64,000 nucleotides of DNA from Eledone cirrhosa (GCA_964016885.1 OZ024742.1:130510001-130574000), one strand, 5' to 3'. Counted from the stretch's first letter, positions 11,235 to 25,030 are shown. Notes: generated by a model from the letters alone, not told the origin. Numbers and translations are program-made.

Positions 11235-13251
11235 TATGGTGGTGGTGGTGATGGTTGTGGTGGTGGTAGTAGTAGTGGTGATGGTGGTGGTGGTAGTGTG
11301 GTGGTGGTGGTGGAGATGGTGGTGGTGGTTGTGGTGGTGGTGGTAGTGGTGGTGGTGGTGGTAGTAGTGGTGGTAGTGGTAGTGGTGGTGGTGGTGGTGG
11401 TAGTAGTGTGGTGGTGGTGGTTGTGGTGGTGATGGTGGTGGTGGTGGTGGTGGTGGTGGTGGGGTTGGTGGTGGTGGTAGTAGTGGTGGTTGTGGTGGTG
11501 GTAGTGGTGGTGGTGGTAGTGGTGGTGGTGGTGGTGGTGGTGGTTGTGGTGGTGGTTGTGTTGGTATTGGTGGTGGTGTTGGTGGTGGTGTTGGTGGTAG
11601 TGATGGAGGTGTTGATATTGGTGGTAGTTGTGGTGGTGGTGGTGGTGGTTGTGGTGGTGGTGGTGGAGATGGTGGTGGTGGTTGTGGTGGTGGTGGTAGT
11701 GGTGGTGGTGGTGGTAGTAGTAGTGGTGGTGGTGGTAGTAGTGGTGGTGGTGGTGGTTGTGGTGGTGATGGTGGTGGTGGTGGTGGTGGTGGTGGTGGGG
11801 TTGGTGGTGGTGGTAGTAGTGGTGGTTGTGGTGGTGGTAGTGGTGGTGGTGGTAGTGGTGGTGGTGGTGGTGGTGGTGGTTGTGGTGGTGGTTGTGTTGG
11901 TATTGGTGGTGGTGTTGGTGGTGGTGTTGGTGGTAGTGATGGAGGTGTTGATATTGGTGGTAGTTGTGGTGGTGGTGGTGGTGGTTGTGGTGGTGGTGGT
12001 TGTGTTGGTGGTTTTGGTAGTTTGTGGTGGTGGTGGTTGTGGTGGTAGTGACGTAGGTGGTGGTGGTGGTGGTTGTGGTGGTGGTGGTGGTGGTGGTTGT
12101 GGTGGTGATAGTGGTTGGTGGTGGTGGTGGTTGGTGGTGGTGGTGGTGGTGGTTGTGGTGGTGGTGGTGGTTGTTTTATTGGTGGTGGTGTTGGTTGTAG
12201 TGATGGAGGTGGTGGTGTTGGTGGTAGTGGTGGTGGTGGTGGTTGTGGTGGTGGTGGTTGTGGTGGTGGTGGTGGTGGTTGGTGGTGGTGGCGGTTGTGA
12301 TGGTGGTGGTTGTGGTGGTTGTGGTGGTGGTGGTTGTGGTGGTGATAGTGGTTGGTGGTGGTGGTGGTGGTGGTTGGTGGTGGTGGTGGTGATGTGGTGT
12401 TGGTGGTGGTGGTTGTTTTATTGGTGGTGGTGTTGGTTGTAGTGAGGGAGGTGGTGGTGTCGGTGGTAGTTGTGGTGGTGGTGGTGGTGGTTATGGTGGT
12501 GGTGGTGGTTGTGGTGGTGGTGGTTGTGGTGGTGGTGGTTGGTGGTGGTGGAGGTGGTTTTAGTAGTTTGTGGTGGTGGCGGTTGTGGTGGTAGTGATGG
12601 AGGTGGTGGTGGTTGTGGTAGTGGTGGTAGTTGTGGTGGTGGTTGTGGTGGTGGTGATGGTTGTGGTGGTGGTGGTGTTGGTGGTTGTGGTGGTGGTGGT
12701 GGTGGTTGTTGGTGGTGGTGGTGGTGGTGTTGGTGGTTGTGGTTGTGGTGGTGGTTGTGATGGTGGTGGTGGAGGTTGTGGTGGTGGTGATGGTGGTGAT
12801 GGTTGTGGTGGTGGTGGTGGTGGTAGTTGGTAGTGGTGGTGGTTGTGGTGGTGGTGGTTGTGGTGGTGGTTGTGGTTGTGGTGTTAGTGGTTGGTGGTGG
12901 TGGTGGTTGTGGTGGTGGTTGTGGTGGTTATGGGTGGCGGTGGTTGTGGTAGCGTTGGTAGTTGTGATGTTGCTAGTGGTAGTGTTGGTAGTTGTGATGT
13001 TGATAGTGCTGTTGTTGGTGGTTGAGAGGTTGGTGGTTGTGGTATTGGGGGTTCTGGTATTGGTAGTTGTGATGTTGATAGTAGTGTTGTTGGTGGTGGT
13101 GTTGTTGGTGGTGGTGATGTTGGTGGTGGTGGTGTTGGTGGTGGAGATGTTGGTGGTGGTGATGTTTGTGGTGGTGATGTTGGTGGTGGTGATGCTGGTG
13201 GTGATTGTGTAGATGGTTGTGGTGTTGTTGGTGGTGTTGTTGGTGGTGGTG
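11235..13251. repeat. (GTG)n degenerate tract with internal duplications
   Basis: Direct reading. Confidence 0.95.
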
Positions 13252-13589
13252 ATGGCGTGAAGCAGAATGGTATGTTGGAAAATGGCGGAGGTGTGAGCAT
13301 ACAATGTATAAGGGAGGTAATGTGTGCTGGGTAGAAGAGGAAAATGGCGCACAGTGAAGATAAGATTGAAAGACACTGCGACATCGGGGAGAACTGCCTC
13401 TACATACAGACATACACACACACACGCATGCACACATACACACACATACAAATACACTCTCACACACACAGATACACACACACACACACACAAACACACT
13501 CACGCACACATACACACACACACATAGACGCGCACATAAACCCACCCATACATACACACTCTCTCTCTCTCACACACATACACACACAG

Positions 13590-13620
<31 letters not shown>

Positions 13621-13928
13621 AAGAATCACCAACACACACTCTCACACGCACACACACTCTCTCTCTCTCTCACACACACCAAACAATCACAAACACACAC
13701 ACACGCACACACAATCACACACAATCACAAACACACATACATACTTAGACACAATCACAAACAAACACACACACAACCACAACCACAATCAATCACAAAC
13801 ACATACATACACACACAACCACACAAACAAACACACACACAACCACAAACAGAATCAATCACAAACACAGACATACGCACACAACCACACACACACACGT
13901 CCACACACACAACCACAAACACAATCAA

Positions 13929-13966
<38 letters not shown>

Positions 13967-14052
13967 GCACAATCACAAACGCTCACATCTAATCACAAAG
14001 ACAAATGGAGTGTTCCTCCGTCTGTTTCGACGGTGCGTGTTACAATTGTTCG
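13252..14052 (-). repeat. Inverted duplicate of 7963-8836
   Basis: Reverse-complement match including the unique ends. Confidence 0.92.
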
Positions 14053-17000
14053 TTGGTTGTGGTGTTGGTGGTTGTGATGCTGGTGGTTGTGATGTTGGTG
14101 GTTGTGATGCTGGTGGTTGTGGTGTTGGTGGTTGTGATGTTAGTGGGTGTGGTGTTGGTGGTTGTGATGTTGGTGGTTGTGATGTTGGTTGTTGTGGTGT
14201 TGGTGGTTGTGATATTGGTGGTTGTGGTGTTGGTGGTTGTTGTGTTGGTGGTTGTGATGCTGGTGGTTGTGATGTTGGTGGTTGTGATGTTGATGGTTGT
14301 GATGTTAGTGGTTGTGATGTTGGTGGTTGTGATGCTAGTGGTTGTGGTGTTAGTGGGTGTGGTGTTGGTGGTTGTGATGCTGGTGGTTGTGATGCTGGTG
14401 GTTGTGGTGTTGGTGGTTGTGATGTTAGTGGGTGTGGTGTTGGTGTTTGTGATGTTGGTGGTTGTGATGTTGGTGGTTGTGATGTTGGTGGTTGTGTTGG
14501 TGGTTGTGATATTGGTGGTTGTGATGTTGGTGGTTGTGATGTTAGTGGGTGTGGTGTTGGTGGTTGTGATGTTGGTGGTTGTGGTGTTAGTGGGTGTGGT
14601 GTTGGTGGTTGTGATGCTGGTGGTTGTGATGCTGGTCGTTGTGGTGTTGGTGGTTGTTGTGTTGGTGTTTGTGATATTGGTGGTTGTGATGTTGGTGGTT
14701 GTGATGTTGGTGGTTGTGATGCTGGTGGTTGTGGTGTTGGTGGTTGTGATGTTGGTGGTTGTGATGTTGGTGGTTGTGGTGTTGGTGATTGCGGTGTTGG
14801 TGGTTGTGATGTTGGTGGTTGTGATGTTGGTGGTTGTGATGTTGGTGGTTGTGATGTTGGTGGTTGTGATGCTGGTGGTTGTGATGTTGGTGGTTGTGAT
14901 GTTGGTGGTTGTGATGTTGGTGGTTGTGATGTTGGTGGTTGTGATGTTGGTGGTTGTGTTGGTGGTTGTGATGTTGGTGGTTGTGATGTTAGTGGGTGTG
15001 GTGTTGGTGGTTGTGATGTTGGTGGTTGTGATGTTGGTGGTTGTGGTGTTGGTGGTTGTTGTGTTGGTGGTTGTGGTGTTGGTGGTTGTGATGTTAGTGG
15101 GTGTGGCGTTGGTGGTTGTGATGTTGGTGGTTGTGATGTTGTTGGTTGTGGTGTTGGTGGTTGTTGTGTTGGTGGTTGTGATGTTGGTGGTTGTGGTGTT
15201 GGTGGTTGTGGTGTTGGTGGTTGTGGTGTTGGTGGTTGTTGTGTTGGTGGTTGTGATGTTGGTGGTTGTGGTGTTAGTGGGTGTGGTGTTGGTGGTTGTG
15301 ATGCTGGTGGTTGTGATGCTGGTGGTTGTGGTGTTGGTGGTTGTGATGTTAGTGGGTGTGGTGTTGGTGTTTGTGATGTTGGTGGTTGTGATGTTGGTGG
15401 TTGTGATGTTGGTGGTTGTGGTGTTGGTGGTTGTGGTGTTGGTGGTTGTGATGTTGGTGGTTGTGATGTTGTTGGTTGTGGTGTTGGTGGTTGTGATGTT
15501 GGTGGTTGTGGTGTTGGTGGTTGTGGTGTTGGTGGTTGTGATGTTGGTGGTTGTGATGTTGGTGGTTGTGGTGTTGGTGGTTGTGATGTTGGTGGTTGTG
15601 ATGTTCGTGGTTGTGATGTTGGTGGTTGTTGTGTTGGTGGTTGTGATATTGGTGGTTGTGATGTTGGTGGTTGTGATGTTGGTGGTTGTGATGCTGGTGG
15701 TTGTGGTGTTGGTGGTTGTGATGTTAGTGGTTGTGGTGTTGGTGGTTGTGATGTTGGTGGTTGTGATGTTGTTGGTTGTGGTGTTGGTGGTTGTGGTGTT
15801 GGTGGTTGTGCTGTTGGTGGTTGTGATGTTGGTGGTTGTGATGTTGGTGGTTGTGGTGTTGGTGGTTGTGATGTTGGTGGTTGTGATGTTCGTGGTTGTG
15901 ATGTTGGTGGTTGTTGTGTTGGTGGTTGTGATATTGGTGGTTGTGATGTTGGTGGTTGTGATGTTGGTGGTTGTGATGCTGGTGGTTGTGGTGTTGGTGG
16001 TTGTGATGTTAGTGGTTGTGGTGTTGGTGGTTGTGATGTTGGTGGTTGTGATGTTGGTTGTGGTGTTGGTGGTTATGATGTTGGTGGTTGTGGTGTTGGT
16101 GGTTGTGGTGTTGGTGGTTGTGGTGTTGGTGGTTGTTGTTTTGGTGGTTGTGATGTTGGTGGTTGTGATGTTGGTGGTTGTGATGCTGGTGGTTGTGGTG
16201 TTGGTGGTTGTGATGTTAGTGGGTGTGGTGTTGGTGGTTGTGATGTTGGTGGTTGTGATGTTGTTGGTTGTGGTGTTGGTGGTTATGATGTTGGTGGTTG
16301 TGGTGTTGGTGGTTGTGGTGTTGGTGGTTGTGGTGTTGGTGGTTGTGGTGTTGGTGGTTGTTGTTTTGGTGGTTGTGATGTTGGTGGTTGTGGTGTTAGT
16401 GGGTGTGGTGTTGGTGGTTGTGATGTTGGTGGTTGTGATGTTGGTGGTTGTGGTGTTGGTGGTTGTGATGTTGGTGGTTGTGGTGTTAGTGGTGGTGTTG
16501 TTGGTGGTTGTGATGTTGGTGGTGGTGTTGTTGGTGGTTATGATGTTGGTGGTTTAGATGGCGGTAGTGGTGGTGTAGATGATTGTGATGTTGGTAGTTG
16601 TGATGTTGGTGGATGTGATGTTGGTAGTGGTGATGGTGGTGGTGGTGGTGTAGATGGTTGTGTTGTTGGTAGTTGTGATGTAGATGCTGGTGGTGGTGGT
16701 TGTGGTTGTGTAGGTGGTTGTGTTGGTGGTTGTGGTGTTGGTGGTTGTGGTGTTGGTGGTGGTGGTGTAGATGGTTGAGGTTGGCGGTGGTGGTGTAGAT
16801 GGTTGTGATGTTGGTAGTTGTGATGTTGGTGGTGGTGGTGGTTGTGGTTGTGTAGGTGGTTGTGGTGGTGTTGGTGATGGTGGTGAGGTTGGTGGTGGTG
16901 GTGTGTAGATGGTTGTGAGATTGGTGGTGTAGATGGTTGTGTGGTTGATGGTGGTGGTGTAGATGGTTGTGAGTTTGGTGGTGGTGGTGTAGATGGTTGT

Positions 17001-18576
17001 GAGGTTGGTGGGGTTGGTGTAGATGGTTGTGTGGTTGGTGGTGTAGATGGTTGTGGTGTTGGTGGTGGCGGTGTAGATGGTTGTGAGGTTGGTGCTGGTG
17101 GTGTAGATGGTTGTGAGGTTGGCGGTGGTGGTGTAGATGGTTGTGGTGTTGGTGGTGGTGGTGTAGATGGTTGTGAGGTTGGTGGTGGTGGTGTAGATGG
17201 TTGTGCGGTTGGTGGTGGTGGTGTAGATGGTTGTGGTGGTGTAGATGGTTGTGATGTTGGTGGTTGTGATGTTGGTGGTTGTGATGTTGGTGGTTGTGAT
17301 GTTGGTGGTTGTGGTGTTGGTGGTTGTGATGTTGGTGGTTGTGGTGTTGGTGGTTGTGATGTTGGTGGTTGTGATGTTGGTGGTTGTGATGTTGGTGGTT
17401 GTGGTGTTGGTGGTTGTGATGTTGGTGGTTGTGGTGTTGGTGGTTGTGATGTTGGTGGTTGTGATGTTGGTGGTTGTGATGTTGGTGGTTGTGATGTTGG
17501 TGGTTGTGGTGTTGGTGGTTGTGATGTTGGTGGTTGTGGTGTTGGTGGTTGTGATGTTGGTGGTTGTGGTGTTGGTGGTTGTGATGTTGGTGGTTGTGAT
17601 GTTGGTGGTTGTGATGTTGGTGGTTGTGATGTTGGTGGTTGTGGTGTTGGTGGTTGTGATGTTGGTGGTTGTGGTGTTGGTGGTTGTGGTGTTGGTGGTT
17701 GTGATGTTGGTGGTTGTGATGTTGGTGTTCGTGATGTTGGTGGTTGTGGTGTTGGTCGTTGTGATGTTGGTGGTTGTGGTGTTGATGGTTGTGGTGTTGG
17801 TGGTTGTGAAGTTGGTGGTTGTGATGTTGGTGGTTGTGGTGTTGGTGGTTGTCATGTTGGTGGTTGTCATGCTGGTGGTTGTGGTGCTGGTGGTTGTGGT
17901 GTTAGTGGTTGTGTTGTTGGTGGTTGTGATGTTGGTGGTTGTGGTGTTGGTGGTGGTGGTGTTGGTGTTGGTGGTGTAGATGATTGTGATGTTGGTAGTT
18001 GTGATGTTGGTGATTGTGATGTTGGTAGTGGTGATGGTGGTGGTGGTGGTGGTGTAGATGGTTGTTGTGTTGGTAGTTGTGATGTAGATGCTGGTGGTGG
18101 TGCTGGTTGTGTAGGTGGTTGTGTTGGTGGTGGTGGTGGTGATGGTGGTGGTGGTGGTGTAGATGGTGGTGATGTTGTTGGTGGTGGTGTAGATGGCTGT
18201 GGTGTTGGTAGTTGTGATGTTGGTGGTTTTAATGTTGGTAGTGGTGATGGTGGTGGTGGTGATGTAGATGGTGGTGATGGTGGTGGTGGTGGTGTAGATG
18301 GTTGTGTTGTTGGTGGTTGTTATGTTGGTGGTTGTGGTGTTGGTGGTTGTGGTGTTTATGGTTGTGGTGTTGGTAGTGGTGATGGTGGTGGTGGTGGTGT
18401 AGATGGTGGTGATGGTGGTGGTCGTGGTGTAGATGGTGGTGAGGGTGGTGGTCGTGGTGTAGATGGTTGTGGTGTTGCTAGTTGTGATGTTGGTGGTTGT
18501 GATGTTGGTAGTGGTGATGGTGGTGGTGGTGGTGTAGATGGTGGTGATGGTGGTGGTGGTGGTGTAGATGGTTGTA
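14053..18576. repeat. 15-bp minisatellite (GGTGGTTGTGATGTT)n with GTAGATGG-containing variant blocks
   Basis: Regular 15-nt period at 14.05-16.55 and 17.25-17.95 kb. Confidence 0.95.
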
Positions 18577-18894
18577 GTTATGACGATGATGAGATGGTGA
18601 TACGGAATGAAAATGAAAATATAAATGAAAGTGAACATAAGAAGTGAGAGGTGGGAATATATAAAGAATGAAAGAAGAAGAGTAAAAGCGACATTGGCAA
18701 ATGGAAAAATTAATTCAGTGACGGTGAAAGTATGAAGGGAGGAATAATAAATTAAGGAGAGAAAATGGAAAAAAAATACCCAAATAAAAACAAATATAAA
18801 ATAAAAATGAAGATAATAAAATTAAAAATGAAAGTAGAGACAAAAATAAAAAAAATAACAATAGAAAGAGAAAGAAAGAAAGGAGTAGAATAAA

Positions 18895-19318
18895 GAAGGC
18901 GGAGAAAAAGAAGAAAAAGAAAAAGAAAAAGAAAAAGAAAAAGAAAAAGAAAAAGAAAAGAAGAAGAAAAAGAAGAACAAAAAGAAAAAGATGAAGAAGA
19001 AGAAGAAGAAGACGAAGAAGAAGAAGAAGAAGGAGAAGGAGGAGGATAAGAAGAAGAAGAGAAAGAAGAAGAAGAAAAAGAAGAAGAAGAAAAAGAAGCA
19101 GAAAAGAAAGAAGAAAAAGAAAAAGAAAAAGAAGCAGAAGGAGGAGGAGGAGGATAAGAAGAAGAAGAGAAAGAAGAAGACGAAGAAGAAGGAGAAGAAG
19201 AAGAAAAAGGAGGAGAAGAAGAGAAGAAGAAGAAGGCGAAGAAGAAGAAAAAGAAAAAGAAGAAGAAGAAGAAGAAGAAGAAGAAGAAGAAGAAGAAGAA
19301 GAAGAAGAAGAAGAAGAG
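18895..19318. repeat. (GAA/GAAAAA)n purine tract
   Basis: Direct reading. Confidence 0.95.
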
Positions 19319-19464
19319 TAGTAGTCAGGATATCATTATTGTCCGAAGACTGACGGACACTGGACGAACATTCAATTCGATCTGCTTTTAATTACCTTTA
19401 GAATATCAGGAATTCCTCAAAATTGAACTTGTTCCCAGTTCAATCACTCCACCTCACCGTTTAC

Positions 19465-20685
19465 ACAAACCACCCAACCACACAACCACACAGCCATACA
19501 TCCATACAACCATACACTCACTCCAACTCCAACCACCCAACCACCCAACCACCCAACCACCTAACCACCCAACTACCCAACCACACAACCACCCAACCAC
19601 CCAACCACCTAACCACCCGTCACACTAACACAGTCACATAACCACCCCACCACCCAACCACCCAACCACCCAACCACCTAACCACCCAACCACACAGTCA
19701 CTCCAACTCCCAACCACCCAACCACACAACCACCCAACCACCATACCATCCGGCCACACAACCACACACCAACACAGTCACCCAACCAACCAACCAACCA
19801 ACCAACCAACCAACCAACCAACCAACCAACCAACCAACCAACCAATCACCTAACCACCCAACCGCACAACCATACAACCACCCAACCACCCAACCACCTA
19901 ACCACCCGGCCACACAACCACACACCAACACAGTCACCCAACCAACTAACCAATCACCTAACCACGCAACCGCACAACCACACACCAATACAGTCATCTA
20001 ACCACCTAACCATACAACCACCCAACCCCACAACCACCCAACCACACGGCCACACAACCACACACCAACACAACCACCCAACCACCTAACCATCCAACCC
20101 CACAACCACCCAACCCCACAACCACCCAACCACCCAACCACCCGGCCACACAACCACACAGTCACCCAACCACCTAACCATCCAACCCCACAACCACCCA
20201 ACCACCCAACCACACACCAACACAACCACCCAACCACCTAACCATCCAACCCCACAACCACCCAACCCCACAACCACCCAACCACCCAACCACCCGGCCA
20301 CACAACGACACACCAACACAACCACCCAACCACCCAACCACCCGGCCACACAACGACACACCAACACAACCACCCAACCACCCAACCACCCGGCCACACA
20401 ACCACACACCAACACAGTCACCTAACTACACAACCACCCAACCACCCAACCACCCGGCCACACAACGACACACCAACACAACCACCCAACCACCCAACCA
20501 CCCGGCCACACAACGACACACCAACACAACCACCCAACCACCCAACCACCCGGCCACACAACCACACACCAACACAACCACCCAACCACCCAACTACCCG
20601 GCCACACAACCACACACCAACACAGTCACCCAACCCCACAACCACCCAACCACCCAACCACCCGGCCACACACCAACACAGCCAC
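19465..20685. repeat. C/A-rich complex minisatellite (CCACCCAA/CCAA with CCCGGCCACAC units)
   Basis: Direct reading. Confidence 0.9.
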
Positions 20686-21059
20686 AAAGTCTAACTACAC
20701 CCGCTGCAGTCCGCAATGAACTATCCCAGTTTGGTCCCCCCCTCCCCCAAGCACTCCTATTTTTTCTTTGTTGACAAACTAACATTCCATTTCATTCAAT
20801 TCCTCGATACAGACTATTCCTCTGTGAATCGAGGGCTTTCATGCATCATTGATTCGTCTGCTTCACTCATTCGCCAAGTCAAGCAACTAATAGCAACGCC
20901 TGGGCTACGATCGCCATTTTAACAAAGTATTCCTGGTCTAAGTGCATACATGTATGTTTACGTAGGTTTACACGAACACACACACACGCACACACACACA
21001 CACACACATAAATCTAGATTTCCTTCAAATGAAACAGTTCCAGTCCTGTAGAAGCCATT

Positions 21060-21111
<52 letters not shown>

Positions 21112-21191
21112 ACGAAAGAAGTGTGATAAGGAACCAGGTGGACCATAACGCACCAGAGTACTCGATACTTTGGGTAGTAGAGTGGGTAATA

Positions 21192-21307
21192 GGAAAAGGT
21201 TCAGGACCCCGACGGCAGAGCTCAAGCCGTTTCGACGGCTATTTCTGGACTCAGAAATAGCCGTCGAAACGGCTTGAGCCCTGCCGTCGGGGTCCTGAAC
21301 CCTTTCC
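21192..21307. repeat. Near-perfect palindrome (~56-bp arms, GACT loop) containing the 3' half of a hammerhead ribozyme
   Basis: ...GTTTC-GACGGCTATTTCTG-GACT-CAGAAATAGCCGTC-GAAAC-GGC-ttgagccct-GCC-GTC-GGGG; 2 mismatches between arms. Confidence 0.85.
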
Positions 21308-21340
21308 CATATATATATATATATATATTTATGTTTATAA

Positions 21341-21396
<56 letters not shown>

Positions 21397-21711
21397 CAAA
21401 TTACAAAATATGAGGAAATATACCTATTTTTTCTTCATAGTCCTGACTGCAGTTTTGCCTATCCGTGTGCAACTGTGCATTATAAAAGTGCATATATATC
21501 TGATGCAGAAATGATTTCTACCAGTCTTGAACTATTTCATTCGATTTATATCATCAGCCTAGTTCCATATTTCCATACTATATCACTGAAGCTCCCCAGT
21601 TCCACAGTGTGCTACCCTATCTCCGCAGTTCCCTAGTGCGGCACCCTAGCTCTGAAGTGCTGTATTTTGCCACCCTATCTCCCAATTGCCATAGCGGGTC
21701 ACCCTATGTCA

Positions 21712-21870
21712 AGGCACGTGGCTTAGTGATGAGAGAATTGGATTTCCAATCGTAAGGTTGCGAGTTCGATTCCCGGACCGGTTGATGCGTTATGTCCTTG
21801 AGCAAGACACTTTATTTCACGTTGCTCTTCCTGTCAGGAGTTGCAGCCGGTAGATAGTATCAGCAATGGA
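21712..21870 (+). mobile_element. tRNA-derived SINE family C (CORE-like)
   Basis: GTGGCTTAGTG (A box), GAGTTCGATTCCC (B box), TGTCCTTGAGCAAGACACT; related copies near 23855 and 43912. Confidence 0.75.
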
Positions 21871-22592
21871 AATACTAATGGAAACATTGTTTCCATGGTT
21901 CGACTTGACCAGTTCCACCCCACTTGGTAAGTGAATCAGGCCTCAGATCTTGTCGATCGTTAACCCCCCCCCCCCCCAAAAAAAAAACGATAATTTAATG
22001 AGAATGAATGAATAAACAGAATGCTCATTGTTGAAACCAAAAGATTAGTTACTTTTGAAGGACCCGTAGGGAGGAATGGCTAACACAGCGGATATCGTTG
22101 GCTGTTCTCTGTAGCAACACTTTCGCCACCATGTCCACGCGGCGCAGCGGAGATATACTCACCAGTCGAGGATATGAAGGTTGGCCCTCCCAATTTTTAT
22201 TGTCTTACTTTTAATTGTGCTACCTTCAATGATATTAACGTTTATGAGACCTCGTAAACGTTTTGAGCCAGTATCGTTGATGGAATAGAGCGAGCACATA
22301 TTAAAACTACGGATAACAGGATTTGATACCTTTGGAATAAGTGTATGGCCTTTATTAGTGTCGCTAGTGACAGACTACCTGGATCAGCACGAGAGTTGGA
22401 TAGCCAGATGATAAAAGGATTGGAGTAGAACAGGCTTTGCCAGTGACTAGGGCGACAGGAGTCCAAGGTCTTTTCAATCGAAGAGGCAAAGACGTCGGGT
22501 ACCAGCATACGTGATGCTTTCGGAATTTTCAAAGCGATTTTCCTAAGCCTCCTTAGCTTAGTGATGTCTGTTAGCAAAGCTTACTGTTTTGT

Positions 22593-22830
22593 TTGGAGTT
22601 GTCGTAATCAGTCTTGAGCTGAATGATGTGTGTTAGTAAGACTTGAGCATCTAACAGTGGAGTTGTCGTGATCAGTCTTGAGCCGAATGAAGTGTGTTAG
22701 TAAGAATTGATCATCTAACAGGCTTGCTGTCTCGTTTGGAGTTGGCGTGATCAGTCTTGAGCCGAATGAAGTGTGTTAGTAAGAATTGATCATCTAACAG
22801 GCTTGCTGTCTCGTTTGGAGTTGGCGTGTT
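22593..22830. repeat. 3-4 tandem copies of a 65-78 bp unit
   Basis: TGGAGTTG.CGT.ATCAGTCTTGAGC.GAATGA.GTGTGTTAGTAAGA.TTGA.CATCTAACAG repeated. Confidence 0.85.
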
Positions 22831-24239
22831 TCAGCTGTAACTAATCAGGCAAGGGAAAGAAGCTGCTGCTACATATGAATACATTTGAGGCTCGACGGTT
22901 CAGGCCAACGCGTGACAGATGGTTAAAATTGCCAAACCCTGAAGAATTTCGACCTATCTTGCGCCTGTTGAGTATGATACACCTTGTCGAGGTAGTGAGC
23001 AGGGTGAGTTATCGGAAACTATTGCTAGAACTCTTAGCTCTGTTTCGTTTGCTGTTTTGTATCGTTTCCGAAGTATAATAAGGATTTACCCGCTGTTACT
23101 TTAGTGTATGTATTAGTGTAATTTGTCCAAATCACGACATTAAAACATGTTTGCTTGAGCAAAGAACTGGAAAATCAGTCCAAAATAATGTTGAGCTTTC
23201 CTCATTTTTAGCAGTCTTTCATATATCACAATTCATATTCTCTAACAATAAAAGTTAAGATAACTTTAGTAATCCTTTTAGAATGGCACAGTTGACTCAG
23301 TTATGATATCATCCCCTCGCTTATTAACATATTAATCCTTGTTACCTTAAGCCTTTTGTTACCATATTTCTAATGAAAGCCACTGCCCACGATTTTCAAT
23401 TCATCTGGAAAATAGTTAAGAATTTTGAAGTTTTTAGTAATATAACTAACTTTCTCAATATTAGGCTGGTGTTTGGAATATAGTTCAACAAAGGTTCTCA
23501 AATAGAATTATGACTGGAGGTTTTTAAACAAACATAAACACTTTAAAATATAAGGTTTTGTATTATTTAGAATCAAAAGCGTTAAATCCACACTTCTTGA
23601 GATGATTCAAATTTCAGCTTAACATTTTCCGCTTAGCTCAGATCTACATTGCATTACATTTCAAATGGTTCTTTAAATAATGTAAAACGTCTTAATCGAA
23701 GTGGTCATCTTCATGTGAAAAGATTCTCAGTTCCATGTTACATTGAAAAGATTCTCAGTTCCATGTTACATTTCTCCCCTTGCAATCTCAGGTTTCCTTA
23801 ATTCTCCACCCATTTTGAATTGTCATCTAATAATTCTTTTCACAATTATACGTGAATTAGTGGTTACTGTATTGAACATACAATCATAAGGTAGTGGGTT
23901 CGATTTCTGAATTGGGTGGTGTGCTGTATTTTTTAGTAAAATATTTATTTTACTCTGCTTCTTCTGTTAAGAGTTGCGAGTATCAGCAAGGCAAATAGTA
24001 ACATACTTTCTAAGCTTTAATTGTGGTAATTATTTAAACACATGGCACTAAAATGTCTTTATTAATTTCAATCAAATGAAAAAAAGAAGACTTTATTCCA
24101 GTGGATCATAAAATTTCTATTTGATTTAATGCCCAAATGTATTATTGGAAAAGCCAGAAACACTTTATAAAGTATCATAAAAAAGACAGCAATAACAAAG
24201 TTCTCACCACACAAAAACCTCCTCCTGATTTAAACCTCA

Positions 24240-25030
24240 TTTTAGTTTGCGTGCTGAGAAACTAAATTAGAAAATTGAAGAAAAAATTCACCTAGCTTTT
24301 GCCTGAAAGTCACCACGATCACAGCTATTGAGACGTCTTCGGATTTTAGTTACTGTATCTGCAACAGCATTAAAGGCACATTCAACAAAATATATTGTAG
24401 GAAAGGACAAAAGCACTAAAGCACTCACTTTGATATTTTGTAGGTTAATTTGTTATATTTAGCAACGACTTGAGGAACGAGTCACAGCGTAGTTTTGAAT
24501 TTGAAGCATGGCTCAGTTTCACGCCATGTGTCTCAATCTTACATGTCCATTAACTCGTCAAACCGTTTTAACCTGACAAACATTATTTCTCGGATTAAAG
24601 AGAAATGGCTGAGCAATCCAAGAAAGGAAGTTCGTTTACTTCAACCCACTGAATCTATCGCAATTGACTTTTGTTAGCCATCGTACACAGAGTAGCAGAA
24701 TACCTATAAATGGTCTGGTCTAGATGTATATGAATTAAACGAAGTCACGCAAAATAGGAAACTTTGTAAGGTACTAAATCATGTTAGTGCGCAATCTGCT
24801 GTTGGCGGAGACAGCGAATGAAGATGATGACATGGATTAGCAGTCTCATATAGTTTTCATAATGCTCTTACAGAATTCTTTGAATAATCTTACAGTCTTT
24901 GGATAGGCAGTTATCATATTTACCTCTTTTATCTTCTTCATTAATTCATACAACGTAGGGCTAAGCTTAGCAGTTGCAAAATTCTCTCTGTAAATATTAC
25001 AGTCGATTGAACATTTGAAAGTATATACTT
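24240..25030 (-). pseudogene. Highly decayed hAT (Charlie/Buster-type) transposase fragments
   Basis: Minus-strand peptides LLSFPTIYFVECAFNAVADTVTKIRRRLNSCDRGDF (hAT C-terminal dimerisation-like) and DCNIYRENFATAKLSPTL (HCxxHRE-like); multiple stops. Confidence 0.6.

Noticed and set aside
14005-18647. (GGCDV)n keratin-associated-like or (TTTNI)n mucin-like proteins
   Set aside because: A 15-bp minisatellite open in several frames on both strands, with phase breaks near 16.8-16.9 kb; no evidence of coding constraint, although expression cannot be excluded
18991-19353. Lys/Arg-rich protamine-like ORF
   Set aside because: Translation of a (GAA)n tract
21712-21790. tRNA gene
   Set aside because: A and B boxes are present but there is no cloverleaf, and the sequence continues into a SINE body; the same applies to the other SINE heads
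22040-23140. Protein-coding ORFs 22242-22577 and 22875-23078
   Set aside because: Short, with no recognisable motifs beyond a possibly chance EFRPI; probably a decayed repeat
23640-23860. Second hAT transposase relic
   Set aside because: Only vague peptide hints (LQG, FKEPF) among stops; not supportable without a search
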